DNA of 64,000 bases from Vitrella brassicaformis CCMP3155 (taxonomy: Eukaryota; Protista; Chromerida), in assembly GCA_001179505.1 (NCBI GenBank), contig CDMY01000406.1:21424-85423 (forward strand). The letters run 5' to 3'. Of the stretch, positions 23,916 to 36,042 are shown piece after piece; within the stretch, counting starts at the first letter, position 1, and the number at the start of each line of letters is the position of its first letter. The translations under genes and the position numbers were made by a program. The notes beneath the pieces are model-generated. The model saw nothing but the letters and a program-made list of their open reading frames with translations, had not been told where the DNA came from and made no database searches.

Positions 23916-25471
23916 ATGCGTGCGGCATCGCGAAAGGGTGCGAGCTGGAGAAAGGAGGAAGCAGGAGTATTCAGTCCCGACGGTGGCATTGTGGATGTGC
24001 CAAAGATGGACGAGGGAGAGTCCCCGGCGCTTCTGCTTCCCCTGGCAGACGACTTTCATGTGCACCTTCGACAAGATGCCATGATGAAGGCCGTCACGCC
24101 CGCCGTCATCCACGGCGGCTCGGTGAGCATGGCCTCGCCGGCATGCTCACCTTTCATCAGTCCTGGTGTGTCATCTATTTCAGGACAGAGTTGTGGTGAT
24201 GCCAAACACGATACCGCCCATCCGCACGTGCGCAGAGGCAGCTGACTATCGGGCAAAGCTGCAGGCGATTGACCCACGAGTGGACTACCGAATGACTCTC
24301 TATCTCGGTGAGCTCTGCACACGCGCACACGAATGGACGAATCAAACGCCATCAATTCTGCCCGTGTTGCGTGTTTCTCCAGGTCAAGAAGTGTCAGCGG
24401 ATGATCTCCGTGCCAACGCGGATGAGAGCGGCGTTCGTGGCGTCAAGAGCTATCCCCGCGGCGTGACGACCAACAGCGAGGCCGGCATCGAGTCCTACAC
24501 CACCTACTACCCCCTGTTCAGCGAGATGGAGAAGATGGGACTCACACTGCACATCCACGGGGAGGTGGGCAGACGCCCAGATGCTCACGCGGATGTCCAA
24601 TGAGGAGATAGGTGTGTCCGTTGTGCTGCAGGTGCCTGGTGTGTCGGTTTTAACCGCCGAGGCGAGCTTCCTCCCTCAGCTCGAGGAGCTGCATCGGGCA
24701 TTCCCCAGCTTGAAGATCGTAAGCGCGATACGCACTGTGGAGAGAGATTGGCGTAGAAGGCATGTGAATGCGTGTGTCGCTGCTGCTTGTAGGTGCTTGA
24801 GCACGTCTCGACAGCAGCGGCCGTTTTGTTGGTGCGTCGGCTCGGCCCGACTGTAGGTGCCACAGTGACGGCCCACCACCTGGACCTCACCATCGATGAG
24901 GTGGTGGGGTGCTCCCACAACTTCTGCAAGCCTGTGGCCAAGATGAGAGAGGACCGGGAGGCCATCAGACAGGTCGTCATGGATGAAGGTGAGACGTGCT
25001 CGAAGCTGTCTGCTTACACACACGTAATCTTTTCTGTCTCTGGATGCATGTGTCTGTCTGTCTGTCTGTCTGTGTGTGTCAGGCCATCCCCGTTTCTTTC
25101 TCGGCTCCGACTCGGCCCCCCACCCCCGGCACAAGAAGGAGATCGGCATGAAGGCCGCAGCAGGATGCTTCACTTCCCCTTTCCTCCTCGCATACCTCGC
25201 CGACACCTTTGTCTGGGGGTCGAGCAGATACACAGACGATGACACCACCGTCACCAAGCGCCTGCCTGACTTTGTGGGCCGCTTCGGCGCGGAGTTCTTT
25301 GGGGTACCTGTCAAGAGATATGAGGAGGGGAAGCCAGCGGTCGAGCTGAGGAAGAGGGCGTTCACTGTGCCGTCGGTCTGGGGGGAGTCGATACTGGGCA
25401 GCGAAGGGGCGGTGGTGCCCTTCAGGAGTGGGGATGTGCTGCGGTATGAGAGCCGTTTGGTTGGGCTGTGA
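23916..25471 (+). CDS. pyrC: Dihydroorotase, type II (E. coli PyrC-like)
   Basis: DDFHVHLRQD, VVMPNT.PP, MTLYL, KSYPRGVTTNS, LHIHGE, LEHVST, ATVTAHHL, FCKPVAK, FFLGSDSAPH. Start is ATG 23916 or 24006. Confidence 0.95.
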
Positions 25472-25883
25472 GTGTCTGTCAGTCCACCGGTGTCCGTGGG
25501 ACGAAGGATTTGTATGTCGTGGAGATCGACAGATGGATGCTTGGACAGATAAGCATGTGAATGCAGGCTGCCTTGGTGCCTGGCTGACTACCAAACCACG
25601 CCATTTGTTGATCGATGGAACGGTCCGTATGAACTCCGACTAGCCGACACGCAGTCAGTCGTGCACGCAGCCACGCTGCCACACAGACACATTACGCTGT
25701 TTCCATCCATCCATCCATCCACTCGCCCGCGTCTCGTTGGTCGATGAGATGCGACGTATTGCTACAGCCAGTCCATTCGCCCGCCCCTCACACATGCACC
25801 TGTATGTGTCTACACATCGATCTGCCTGCCGTGGCCACCTGGACAGACAGCCAGGGGGCCAACCCCCCTAGTCAAGTCTACAG

Positions 25884-27285
25884 CTAGTTGCCGCCCAACA
25901 CCACATGCGCATCGGCTCCCAACACCTCACGCGCCAACCTCACTGTCTGCGGGAATCTGGCTGCACGCTTCTTGCCATCCACCGGACGCTCCGTCGTATA
26001 GAGGCGGCTAGAGGCAAAGTTGGTGTGGGTGTAGATGATGATGTGGGCCGCAAATGTGTCGTGGGCTTCGCCACCGTGAAGCAGAATCACCCGCTCGAAA
26101 TAGCCTGTTGCCGGTGCGTGGCTCGTGCTGATGGTGCACCGGTCCCACACAGGCGGCGGCTGAGTGGCGAGCACCCGCCGCTGAAGAAAAAGGGACGCAT
26201 GGCGATGAGTGAGTTGAGTGAGTGTGCGTGTGACTGACCAGTCGGTCGTAGATTGGGGCGTTGCTGTATGGGGTGACATCCTGGTGTGCAACCAGCGACC
26301 CTCCATGACCCAACCTGATCAAACACATCATGGCAGAGCGGTGCAGCCAATGTGTTTACGTGTTCGTGTGTGTATCCCATCCTGCTCAACCCTCTCACTC
26401 GTTCAACACAGCGTCGCGAACTGAAGCATGGTCGAGACCTGCAAACAAACGTCCGCATACACAGCCAGATGGTCCATCTCCCTCGCTCCCTCCCTCTCCC
26501 TCTCCCTCTCTCCCTCACCTAGAAGCTCACACACGGGGTTGGCCTCGTCGTATCCGTTGCGGAAGGGGTGGTCGGCCGGCAGCGTCTGCGCTTTGCGGAT
26601 GGTGAGCCGATGTCCATCCAGCCGCTCCCCATCGTTGACGCGCTCGAGCTCCATGCCGATGTGCCGGCCGATGAGTGAGAGCTGGCGCACAGCCTCACAC
26701 CGCCCGTCAAACACCGCCCGGCTGCCCACCCCCTCCACATCAGCACTCCTCAGCTCTATCGGCAGCTGCCCGCCTCCCCGCCCCTGATGCTTGGCCACTC
26801 TGACGATCGGCACCGTCGCCGTCCACTCGCCGCTCTTGTCGATGAAATACGCCAGCCGCAGCAGCAGGTCGAGCGATGTCAGGTCAGCGGAGAGGGTGAT
26901 GATGCCTTCGAGTCCCTTGGCGGCCAGCTGGGCTTCTATGTGCTCCTTCACCAACTGGGTCACAGCGCTGGTGATGCTCTCCTTGTCCTGGTCGTCGTTG
27001 ATCTGCGACAGGAGTGCCCGCCTGGTGTCCTCCAAGTGGGCCGCTTTGCTGATCACAATGGACGAGAGGGGCGGAGGGCTGAGGGTGGGGCGGTCCTGAT
27101 CCGATGATGACGTCGCCTGATAGATAAAACGAACCGACAAGAGACCAAGAGAGCCGTAGTGATGGGTGGCAAATGATATCTCTGTGACATTGTGTGCGCC
27201 CTTCATTCACCTGTGGCAGCGGCAAGCCGGCTCCATGATCACGATCAGCAGCAGTAGCGGATGAAGATGACGCTGCAGCCGCCAT
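25884..27285 (-). CDS. Lineage-specific family paralog 2 (no clear F-box)
   Basis: MAAAASSSSA leader; LDLLLRLAYFIDKSGEW, LPIELRSADVEGVGSRAVFDGRCEAVRQLSLIGRHI, QPPPVWDRCTI, HGGEAHDTFAAHI. Confidence 0.7.
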
Positions 27286-27520
27286 GGCTAAGTCAAGAAC
27301 GCCTGAAGGCAAGAAGATCACGTCAATTGGATCAGCAGGGCCATCCTTATCATCTCTCAATGCTCACCAAATTGTCCGTGAATACAGCGTCTCAGTGGAG
27401 GCTTCTCATGATGCGCTCTGCGGGAGAAGGGCAGGATCGTAGCTTGCGAAACCCTGAACCCGAAACCCTTGCATTCTTTCTCCCTTCTTTCCCCTCCCCT
27501 TCGCGATTGACTGTGGGCCA

Positions 27521-30250
27521 ATGGCTGACAAGAGGGGCCCGTTCTCGGCCATCTTCGCGCTGCTCAACGCCTTCGATGTGTGGCTGGCAAGGCGATACTA
27601 CGTACTTTCGAGGGCCATTGGCCGCAGCCCCAAGGCCGTCGCTGTTGGTTGCTGTGTCGTCGCCGCGCTCGGTCTATTGTGCTTCCTGCTATTGGTGCGA
27701 GAAGAGAATAGGGCGGAGAAGCTGTATTTTGACCAGGACAGCGAGGCGGCAAAGGTGGAGAAGCGCTACGAAGACATCTGGGAGAAAAAGGGTTTGAGGG
27801 TCGGTTCGGTGCTGCTCGTGTGGCGGGGTAAGCTGACAAATGAGTGCAGATGAGCAGAGGTTGTTACTTCTTGCCGACATGCTCTGGCTTCGTGCAGGTG
27901 ATTTTGGTGGCAACGTGTTGGACGTGCAGCAATTCAAGGCTGCATATTCCATCTTCTCCGAGCTGTACACCTTGCCCTTCGACTACAACGGCCGTCAGCT
28001 GACTTACGAAGACATATGCTTCCGCCCGTCTGGCCCCGGCACGCCATGTGTCGTCACGTCCATATTCTCTGCCTGGGGAATCCCGCCATTGGACCAGAGT
28101 GTCATCGACGGTGTGACAACGAGACAGGAGATACTTGATCGGCTCAACGACCCTGCCGCAATGGATCACCGAAACGAGCCTCTGGTGGAGTCGCTGCCGA
28201 GCATCCTTCCCAAGGTCAAGAGAGACCAAGATGGAGACATCATCGAGGCGACCTCTTTCCAGGTATGTCCAAATACCAAGGAAGAGCGCTGCTTTCAATG
28301 GCATTTCTGCCCGCATTGGGTCAGTTCACCTTTGTGACCAGCGGCAGCGAGGACAAGGCACTTGAGTTTGAGGATGCATTTGTCAAGGCAGTCCTCGACC
28401 CTGACACCGACGAGTACGGCAAGATTGGCGGATTCAATGTCTATCCAGTCACGGAAAGCTCTCTCAACAACGAGCTGGACAAAAGCACCTCTGAGGACTT
28501 CCCTTTGATGGTACAGAGAAAGAGCTGCTGTGTATACAGAGCTTCACACTGTACTGCGTGTCTCAGGTGGTGGCCTTTGTTGTCATGGTCAATTTTGCGA
28601 TCACAGTGACCCTCAAAGTTGGCAATCTCGTCCGGTCTTGCACGGGGCTGGTGAGCATCACTGCGATTAAGGGTACACACACCTCCCTATGGTCTGGTCG
28701 ATCATCGTGCATGTTTGCAGGCGACACTGGGCGTCTTTGGTGTGGGCATGGGGCTCATCACAGGGTTTGGCCTGGGTGTGCTGTTCGGTGAGGATGCAGC
28801 ATGCAAGACGATAGAAGAGATACACACAGCCAGGTCTTGTCTGTCGTATGTGTAGGTGTGCCCTTTGTGAGCATAGTTGGCACCGCCCCCTTCCTCGTGG
28901 TCGGTATAGGAATCGATGACATGTTCATCCAGATCGCCACCTTTGACGAGCAAGACCCCGATGAAGAGCCCGAGGAGCGAGTGGCCAAGGCGATGCAGGC
29001 TTTGGGCCGTCCATCACCATGACCACAGTGACCGACGTTGTGGCTTTCGGAGTTGGCGGCTTCTCGCTGTTTCCGGCCATCCAGTTTTTCTGTGTCTGCT
29101 GCTCTGCATCTCCATGGTCTTTGTCTTCATGGTCTGTGACAAGATGACATCTCATTGGTTGGAGACACGCACATGTGCTGTATGTGTTGGTTGTCAGGTC
29201 ACCTTCTTTGTGGCTTTGCTCGTGCTGGATGCGAGAAGACAGAAGGCGAACCTGTAATCCAGCCGCAACAACACAGACAGACAGACCTCCCTACATTAAT
29301 AATGACTTCGCTGGGTGCAGGTCCGATTTCCCCTTGCTGTTCTGTTGCATGAAGTCAAAGGAGAGTGACATGTACAAGCAGCCCATAAGGGACGTGCCGT
29401 GGGGCCTGTCTGCAACAGTGAGGACAAGGCTGGGCCCGTTTCTCGCTCACCCGATCGTCAAGGCTGCTGTCGTCTTGGCGTATCTTGGACTGCTCTCTGG
29501 AGGTCAGAGGGGAAGGCGCACACAGACGTGGGGTCGTTGCTCATTCTTCTGTGTGTTGCAGCCATAGTGGGTGTATTAAAGCTCAAAGAGGGGCTAGAGC
29601 TGAAGAATTTAGCGCCCTTCTGCAGCTATTTCCGAGCAAGAATTCAAGCAGAGGAGGTGGGCAAGGCAAGGCAAGACACCACACGGCAACACAGCGCAGA
29701 TTGCCGTATCTGTGTCTCATGCAGAAAACAGGCGCTGACATGGTCTCAAGTGAGCTGTCTGTGGCCGTGAGTCTCCGGAAGGTGGACTTCGCCACGCCGG
29801 CAACGCAGGCATCCATCGATGCCGTGACCAGGAAATTCGAGAAAAGCAAGTGGACAAACAGAGACCCACAAAGACGGGTAACGGCAATCGGACCTTTATG
29901 TGCAACTGAGTGCCTTTCCTCTGCATAACCCAGATCACGAGCTGGCTGCGGGGGTTTGAGGATTGGGAGACGAACCAAACAGCGGCGACGTGCCCGCCAG
30001 ACTTCTCGGCGTGCCTCAACAACTTCCTTTCCACGGAAGGAGAGGTCAGCGAGACAGACAAACGGGCAAAGCACTCACTCATGGAATGGACTTCGCTGCA
30101 GCGCTATGAGAAAGACGTCTTGAGGAGGCCGACCGATGGTACTGTGAAGGCCTCCCGCTATTTCGTGCTCACCAAAGCGACGCCAGACTTCCTGAAACAG
30201 GTATGCCAACCGACCGAACACACTTCACCCAAGTCAAATGCTTGGTCATG

Positions 30251-30281
<31 letters not shown>

Positions 30282-31372
30282 GACAGCGCAAGCTGATGAC
30301 TGCCTATCGAGACATTGCCGAAGACTCTGATTTCGCCAGGAAGGGGGAGATTCTGGTCTATCATCCAGGCTTCTACTATTTCGAGCAGAGTATCGTGATC
30401 CGAGATCAGACGCTCCTCAACCTGGGGTGCGCCGCCTCTGCTGTGCTCGTGTTGACCTACATCTTCCTGGCACACCCGGCCGTGTGTTTCTCTGTCCTGG
30501 TGGGCCTCTATCCATCAATGCATGTGATCATGCCTGCATACTCATTTTGGTTTCTCTGTGCTGTGCTGTGGTGTGCATGGCTGCAGGTGATGATTGTGAG
30601 TATTGACGCCATGATTGTCGGCTACATGTCCCACTGGGGCATCCCTCTCGACTCGGTGCGCAGCTGTCTCACCGAAGCACAGTCAACGATACGTGTGTCT
30701 GTGTGTGTGTATGTTTGTTTGTGTCTCTGCTGGTTCAGATCACAATGATCAACCTTGTCATGGCCATCGGTGAGTAGGGGAACAGCAAGGCCACTGATAT
30801 ACATTATGACATGTCCGTCTCGGATTTCGGTGTAGGCTTTGCGGTCGATTATTCGGCCCACATCGCTCACGCCTTCATGCAGGAGACAGGCACACACAAC
30901 GAGCGCATGATCAAGGCCCTCCAGTCCATGGGTGTCTCCGTCGCCAACGGGGCGTTGTCCACGCTGCTGGCGACGCTGCCACTCATCGGCTCTTCCTCCT
31001 ATATCTTTTATGTGTTCTTCCAAATGTTCTTCATGGCTGTTCTGTTCGGAGCCAGTGAGACACACACAGAGCACCTCATGACCCCACACAAGAGTCCTTA
31101 TCATTCTGTTCTTGTTCGTGGATGCAGCGCATGGTTTGATTTTCCTTCCCGTCTTGCTGTCTCTCATCGGTCCCCGGTCGTCATCACACCGATCCGCTGA
31201 CGAGCAAAAGCCAAAAGACACGCGGAAGATCGAGCCTTCGGGCGAAGAGGAGTTGCCACGGCTGGCTCAGATGTCGGTACCCTCAGACCTGCAGACAGCG
31301 CCGGGCAACAGCAGTGACGACGGGGGAAAGGGGAAGGACGATAGTGGGAAAGGGGAAGATGCGACCGTGTAG
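27521..31372 (+). CDS. Patched/NPC1-like (NCR1/PTCHD3-type) RND protein with a sterol-sensing domain; apparent frameshift(s) at ~29.0-29.1 kb
   Basis: EENRAEKLY, PFLVVGIGIDDMFI, GPSITMTTVTDVVAFGVG, FPAIQFFC, TFFVALLVLDARRQ, GFAVDYSAHIAHAF, ALQSMGVSVANGALST, HGLIFLPVLLSLIGP. Confidence 0.85.
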
Positions 31373-31743
31373 TCGGGTTGAAAGATGGGAGACTCTTTCT
31401 TAGGAGATAGCCAGCGTTATGTTTGCTGTGTCTCTAGTCTGAAGACGTTCACATACGCAGATGTAAAATGAAGACATTCCGCTCTCTTCCCATCAACACA
31501 ACAGTCACCGACACGCCGGGTCTCTGCGAGCGCGAAAAATGCAGATCATCGCAGTCCCTCGCTCCTTAAGTCCCTCCCGGCGATGGTGACTGCCCATCTC
31601 ATGGTGGCGGCGCTCTTTGTGTGGTGCCTCGCCATCGGAGGCGTAGGCGGGTACGGCTCAAGCACTGGCACAGGTCGGAGGCGAAGCCACTGACACGACG
31701 CCAGCGCGTGGGTTGTCTGTTGGTTGACCTCTGCATGCAGGTC

Positions 31744-32970
31744 ATGTGGTGCTGTTTGCCCATCCTCTCACGACGGCTCACCACAGCGGCTCAGCAGGTG
31801 AGTGCGGCCTGCTGCAGGCCGAACAAACCATGCAGCACCAGACAGGCAGACACTTCGGCGCCTCACTCGAGTGCACCGAAGAGCGCATGCACGCACACAC
31901 AGTGTTTGTTATGGTGCGTTGGGGTGTGTGTGTGTGTGTGTGTTGGTGTGCGTGTGTGTAGGTGTAGGTGCCTACCGGCTGCGCGGCTCGTCGGGTACGC
32001 AGGCAGCGTCTTGCACACCACACCTCCCGAGCTGAGAGACTCCGTCATGTCTGTCTGGGCTTACACACAGTCTCACACACACGCATTCATGTGTGCTGGT
32101 CTTCAGATGGGTCTCACCGGCCGCTGCTGTTGGCGCCCTCCTCTTCACACACGGTGAGTGAGAGGGGAGAGGGGGGGAGAGGGGTGAGAGGGGGGCTCCT
32201 TTCCATACTGTGTGTGTGTGTGTGTGTGTGTCTGTGTTTAGGCTCCGACGCTGGAGAGTGCGCTGTTTGCAGAGGGAGGCGGCGGAGAGTCGACAGGCAG
32301 CGGCAATGACGCGCCCACACAAGAACAAGAACGTAAGGCCACGAACGACAAGCAGACGGCCCGGCCGCCTTGTCTACCGTCGTGTGTTCGTTTTTGTTTC
32401 CCATCAGTCAGGGAACTCATCCAGACACAGGGAGAGCTCATCAAGGCCAATATGGAACTCATCCAGGCGCAGGGACAGCTCATCCAGGCACAGCAGGACG
32501 CCCTCGCCAGTATTGTTGAAGAAAGCAGGAAGGGCTGGGAGGCCCACGACAAGAGGTGGCAGGACATCGTCAAATGAAACGAGATGAACATCAAGTACCT
32601 CCAGCGCTACATCGACACTACACCGAAGACTCAGCCCTTTCAGTGAGACCCCGATCCGGGTACGCACACAGACACCCAGTCAGCCCAATCCAGACGTCTG
32701 GATGGATGGTCTTCCTTGTGTCCATCCCCTCCTCCCTTTCCCTCCCCCTGTCGTCTATTGGTCCAGGAGGTCGGGGCGGTCCTCACTTGCCCCCTGATAG
32801 ATGTGTTCTATCACCTATGGGGCAGATCACAGGCTGATGTGCGTGCGGTTGTGGGACGGAAGTATGAGTGGATCTCGTCTAATGTAGACAGCAATCTGCC
32901 ATCCGCTCCTTCCCGTCCACACAAACGTCCTATTCAAATTCCCCATCTGAATAGCAGCCCATTTGAATAG
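31744..32970 (+). CDS. Hypothetical protein with a transit-peptide-like N-terminus, one hydrophobic segment and a heptad-repeat coiled coil
   Basis: MWCCLPILSRRLTTAAQQ / VSPAAAVGALLFTH / APTLESALFAEGGG / ELIQTQG-ELIKANM-ELIQAQG-QLIQAQQ / EVGAVLTCPLIDVFYHLWG..SPFE*. Exon joins partly inferred. Confidence 0.45.
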
Positions 32971-33053
32971 GGTTTCGTCTTCTGCAGGGTTTGTGGGGTT
33001 TCGTCTTGAAATCAAAAATACACTTTCCAGCCCTCCTCCTTCCATCAGCGCGT

Positions 33054-34132
33054 ATGTCGAACCAACACCCTTCTGTCATGCTGCCGTGTCACGACGGCGC
33101 CAAGTGGCCCAAGATCTGCGATATGGTCAAGAAGTACGCCAGCGGCGGCCCGCCCGACACCAATAGCCTCCGCCAGTTCATCATCGAGCTGCAGCACACC
33201 CTCACGAACAGCAAGCGGTTCACCATTGAACAGTTCAACTCCATCTTCGAGGCCATCCCGCCGTCTGACCAGAACCGATTCCGCTCGTTCGCCATCCCCC
33301 AGATGTGCCGCAGCGTGCTCGCCATGCGCCGGCTCTTCCGGACGGCCGTCCCCGCGCTCATCCCGGGCCGCCTCGGTTGTGTGACGCTGACGGCCGAGCA
33401 GTGCTTCTCGCTGCTGGCGGCGGGTTTCCTGTGCATCTTGCCCTTCCAGAAGGGCCCGCCGGGCAGCCGAGGTCTGGCCATCAACTTCTTCGGTCTGTTC
33501 CGCAACACGCAGCCCAACAAGGTGCAGAAGCTGCAGTGCTTCGTGCTGTACTTCATCCGCATGAGTGAGATCATCGACAAGGGCGACCGCGACGAGATGG
33601 ACCGGCCGATCGAGTTCCGCCGGTTGGTGTCGCAGCGCCGCAGGGGCGCCGAGTGGTGGGGCAGGGCGGAGCAGGTGCTGGGCGAGGTGGTGGTCAAGGC
33701 CAGTGACGACAAGATCGAGGACTCCAACCAGCTGCAAGCCGACTTCGCCAACCGATGCCTCGGCGGCGGCGTGCTCTCGCAGGGTGAGGGGAGGGGACAC
33801 ATCCNNNNNNNNNNNNNNNNNNNNNNNNNNNNNNNNNNNNNNNNNNNNNNNNNNNNNNNNNNNNNNNNNNNNNNNNNNNNNNNNNNNNNNNNNNNNNNNN
33901 NNNNNNNNNNNNNNNNNNNNNNNNNNNNNNNNNNNNNNNNNNNNNNNNNNNNNNNNNNNNNNNNNNNNNNNNNNNNNNNNNNNNNNNNNNNNNNNNNNNN
34001 NNNNNNNNNNNNNNNNNNNNNNNNNNNNNNNNNNNNNNNNNNNNNNNNNNNNNNNNNNNNNNNNNNNNNNNNNNNNNNNNNNNNNNNNNNNNNNNNNNNN
34101 NNNNGGGAAGACCGCATGTGGTCATGATGCCT

Positions 34133-34184
<52 letters not shown>

Positions 34185-35513
34185 ATGTGGGTGGATGTGT
34201 CCGCAGGTTGTGTGCAGGAGGAGATTCGTTTCGCCATCTCCCCCGAGTTGGTGGTGTCGCGCCTGCTGATGGCCCCCCTGCTTCCGCTGGAGGCCGCAAT
34301 CATCACGGGCAGCAAGCGCTTCACGGCCTACGACGGCTACGCCAGCAGCTTCACCTGCACCGGCCTCTGCACCGACCCCGCCCCCGTGCACCCGCGCAAC
34401 AAGGCCGTCCACAGCTTCGTCGTAGCCCTCGACGCGACCAACTTCCACCATGCCGACCGGTCGGTCCAGTACGGTGTGGGCAACATGCTGCGGGAGACCA
34501 ACAAGGCCCTGGCGGCCGTGCAGTTCAAGGACGTCAGAGCAGACAGCCTCGCGTTCGCATCTGGTGAGTGAGTGATTGAGGGGGAGGGCGGTCGGTGGGG
34601 CGATGCTGGGACGACACACACGTGGTGTGCGTGTTTGGGGTGTCTGTCTGTGTCAAGGCAACTGGGGCTGCGGTGCGTTTGGGGGCGATCCGCAGCTGAA
34701 GTTCCTGCTGCAGTGGATGGCGTGCAGTGTGGCGGACCGTGCGCTGCACTACTACCCCTTCACGGACCCCCGCGTCAAGAAGATGGCCGACGTGGTGCAG
34801 ATGCTGCGGCAGGGCCAGTGGACGGTCGGGCGGCTGTGGACCTTCCTCCTCGACCGCAGTGCTGACAGCACACTCAAGACCAAGGGCGCATTCAAGACGC
34901 TCTTCGAACACCTCAACCAGACATACGCCGTGAGTGGAGAGAGTGCGACGGACACACACGCGGAGATCCATGCAATGCATGCATCCCCCTGTGTGTGTGT
35001 GGTGGGGATTGACAGGAGGAGGAGGAGGATATTCCCGTGCCGATGGAGGAAGAGGAGGCCCTCCCCGCCGACCAGCCTATGGACGAGGCTGAGCTCTACT
35101 TCAGTGGACTGGTGGGTGGGTTGTGGGCAAACATCACCAGCACACAGAAACACACATACACACACACACAAATGAGTGCATCCAACGGTTTTTGTGTGTC
35201 ACACAGGGCGGTGATTTGGATTTCGGCGAGGACGAGCTGCTGGCTGGCCCGCACCTGCCGCCCGACGATGCCGACATGGGCAACTACGAGCCCCCCAAGA
35301 ACAACCATTCTGACGGTACGGACGCCCGACCATATGCCAAGGTGCCCAGTGCTGAGGAACCTGTTATGTGTGAGTATCTGTTGTGTGTATGTCGGTCGAT
35401 CAGCTGTGATGCGCGACACGGGGCGCGATGAGTCGGGCATGGATCGCCAGGGGTTCGACGACTTCCTCCTGGCACACATGGGCGGCGGCAGTAGCGCCAG
35501 CGACGACAAGTGA
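33054..35513 (+). CDS. PARG: Poly(ADP-ribose) glycohydrolase
   Basis: LQADFANRCLGGGVLSQG|CVQEEIRFAISPEL (GGG-x-QEE catalytic motif), VVALDA, LRETNKA, GNWGCGAFGGDPQLKFLLQW; acidic C-terminal tail. Confidence 0.93.
33805..34104. other. Assembly gap (300 N) inside a PARG intron
   Basis: Run of n bases between the GGGVLSQG exon and the CVQEE exon, next to (TC)n(TG)n repeats. Confidence 0.99.
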
Positions 35514-36042
35514 CAACTAGGGGCAACCAATATGGCATAGTGGAGGGAGGGAGGGAGGGAGGGAGGGGGGAGAGAGATGCTTAGCCATAGCGTGGTGAGA
35601 GATAGAGGGATGGGCCCTGCCTGCTTAGACAAATTGATTGGTCAGACGGACGGAGGCTTCCCCCCCAATCATCGTCCATGAGTGAGTGCATGTGGGTCTG
35701 TCTGTGTGTGTGTGTTGTGTACAGTGTGGTTGCCCGTCGGTCAGACGCTGTTCGTTCCATCCAGTCAGTATGGACACAATTACGGCATCAATCGCCGATG
35801 AGTCGAATTCGTGAGTCCATCGCATCCGCCAGCCACATGACAGACACAATCGCCATGCCACGCCACGCCGCCACACACACAGGCAGAAGCATGATAAATA
35901 GGCTCACTCATTCACTGACTGACGGCCACACCACATTCTCTCACCGACAAACAAAACACAAATAAACAAACCGCCACATAGCCATTCCAGTAAGGACCAC
36001 TAACTCTCGGCCCATACTCAGTCACTCGATGGCGATTGCAAA

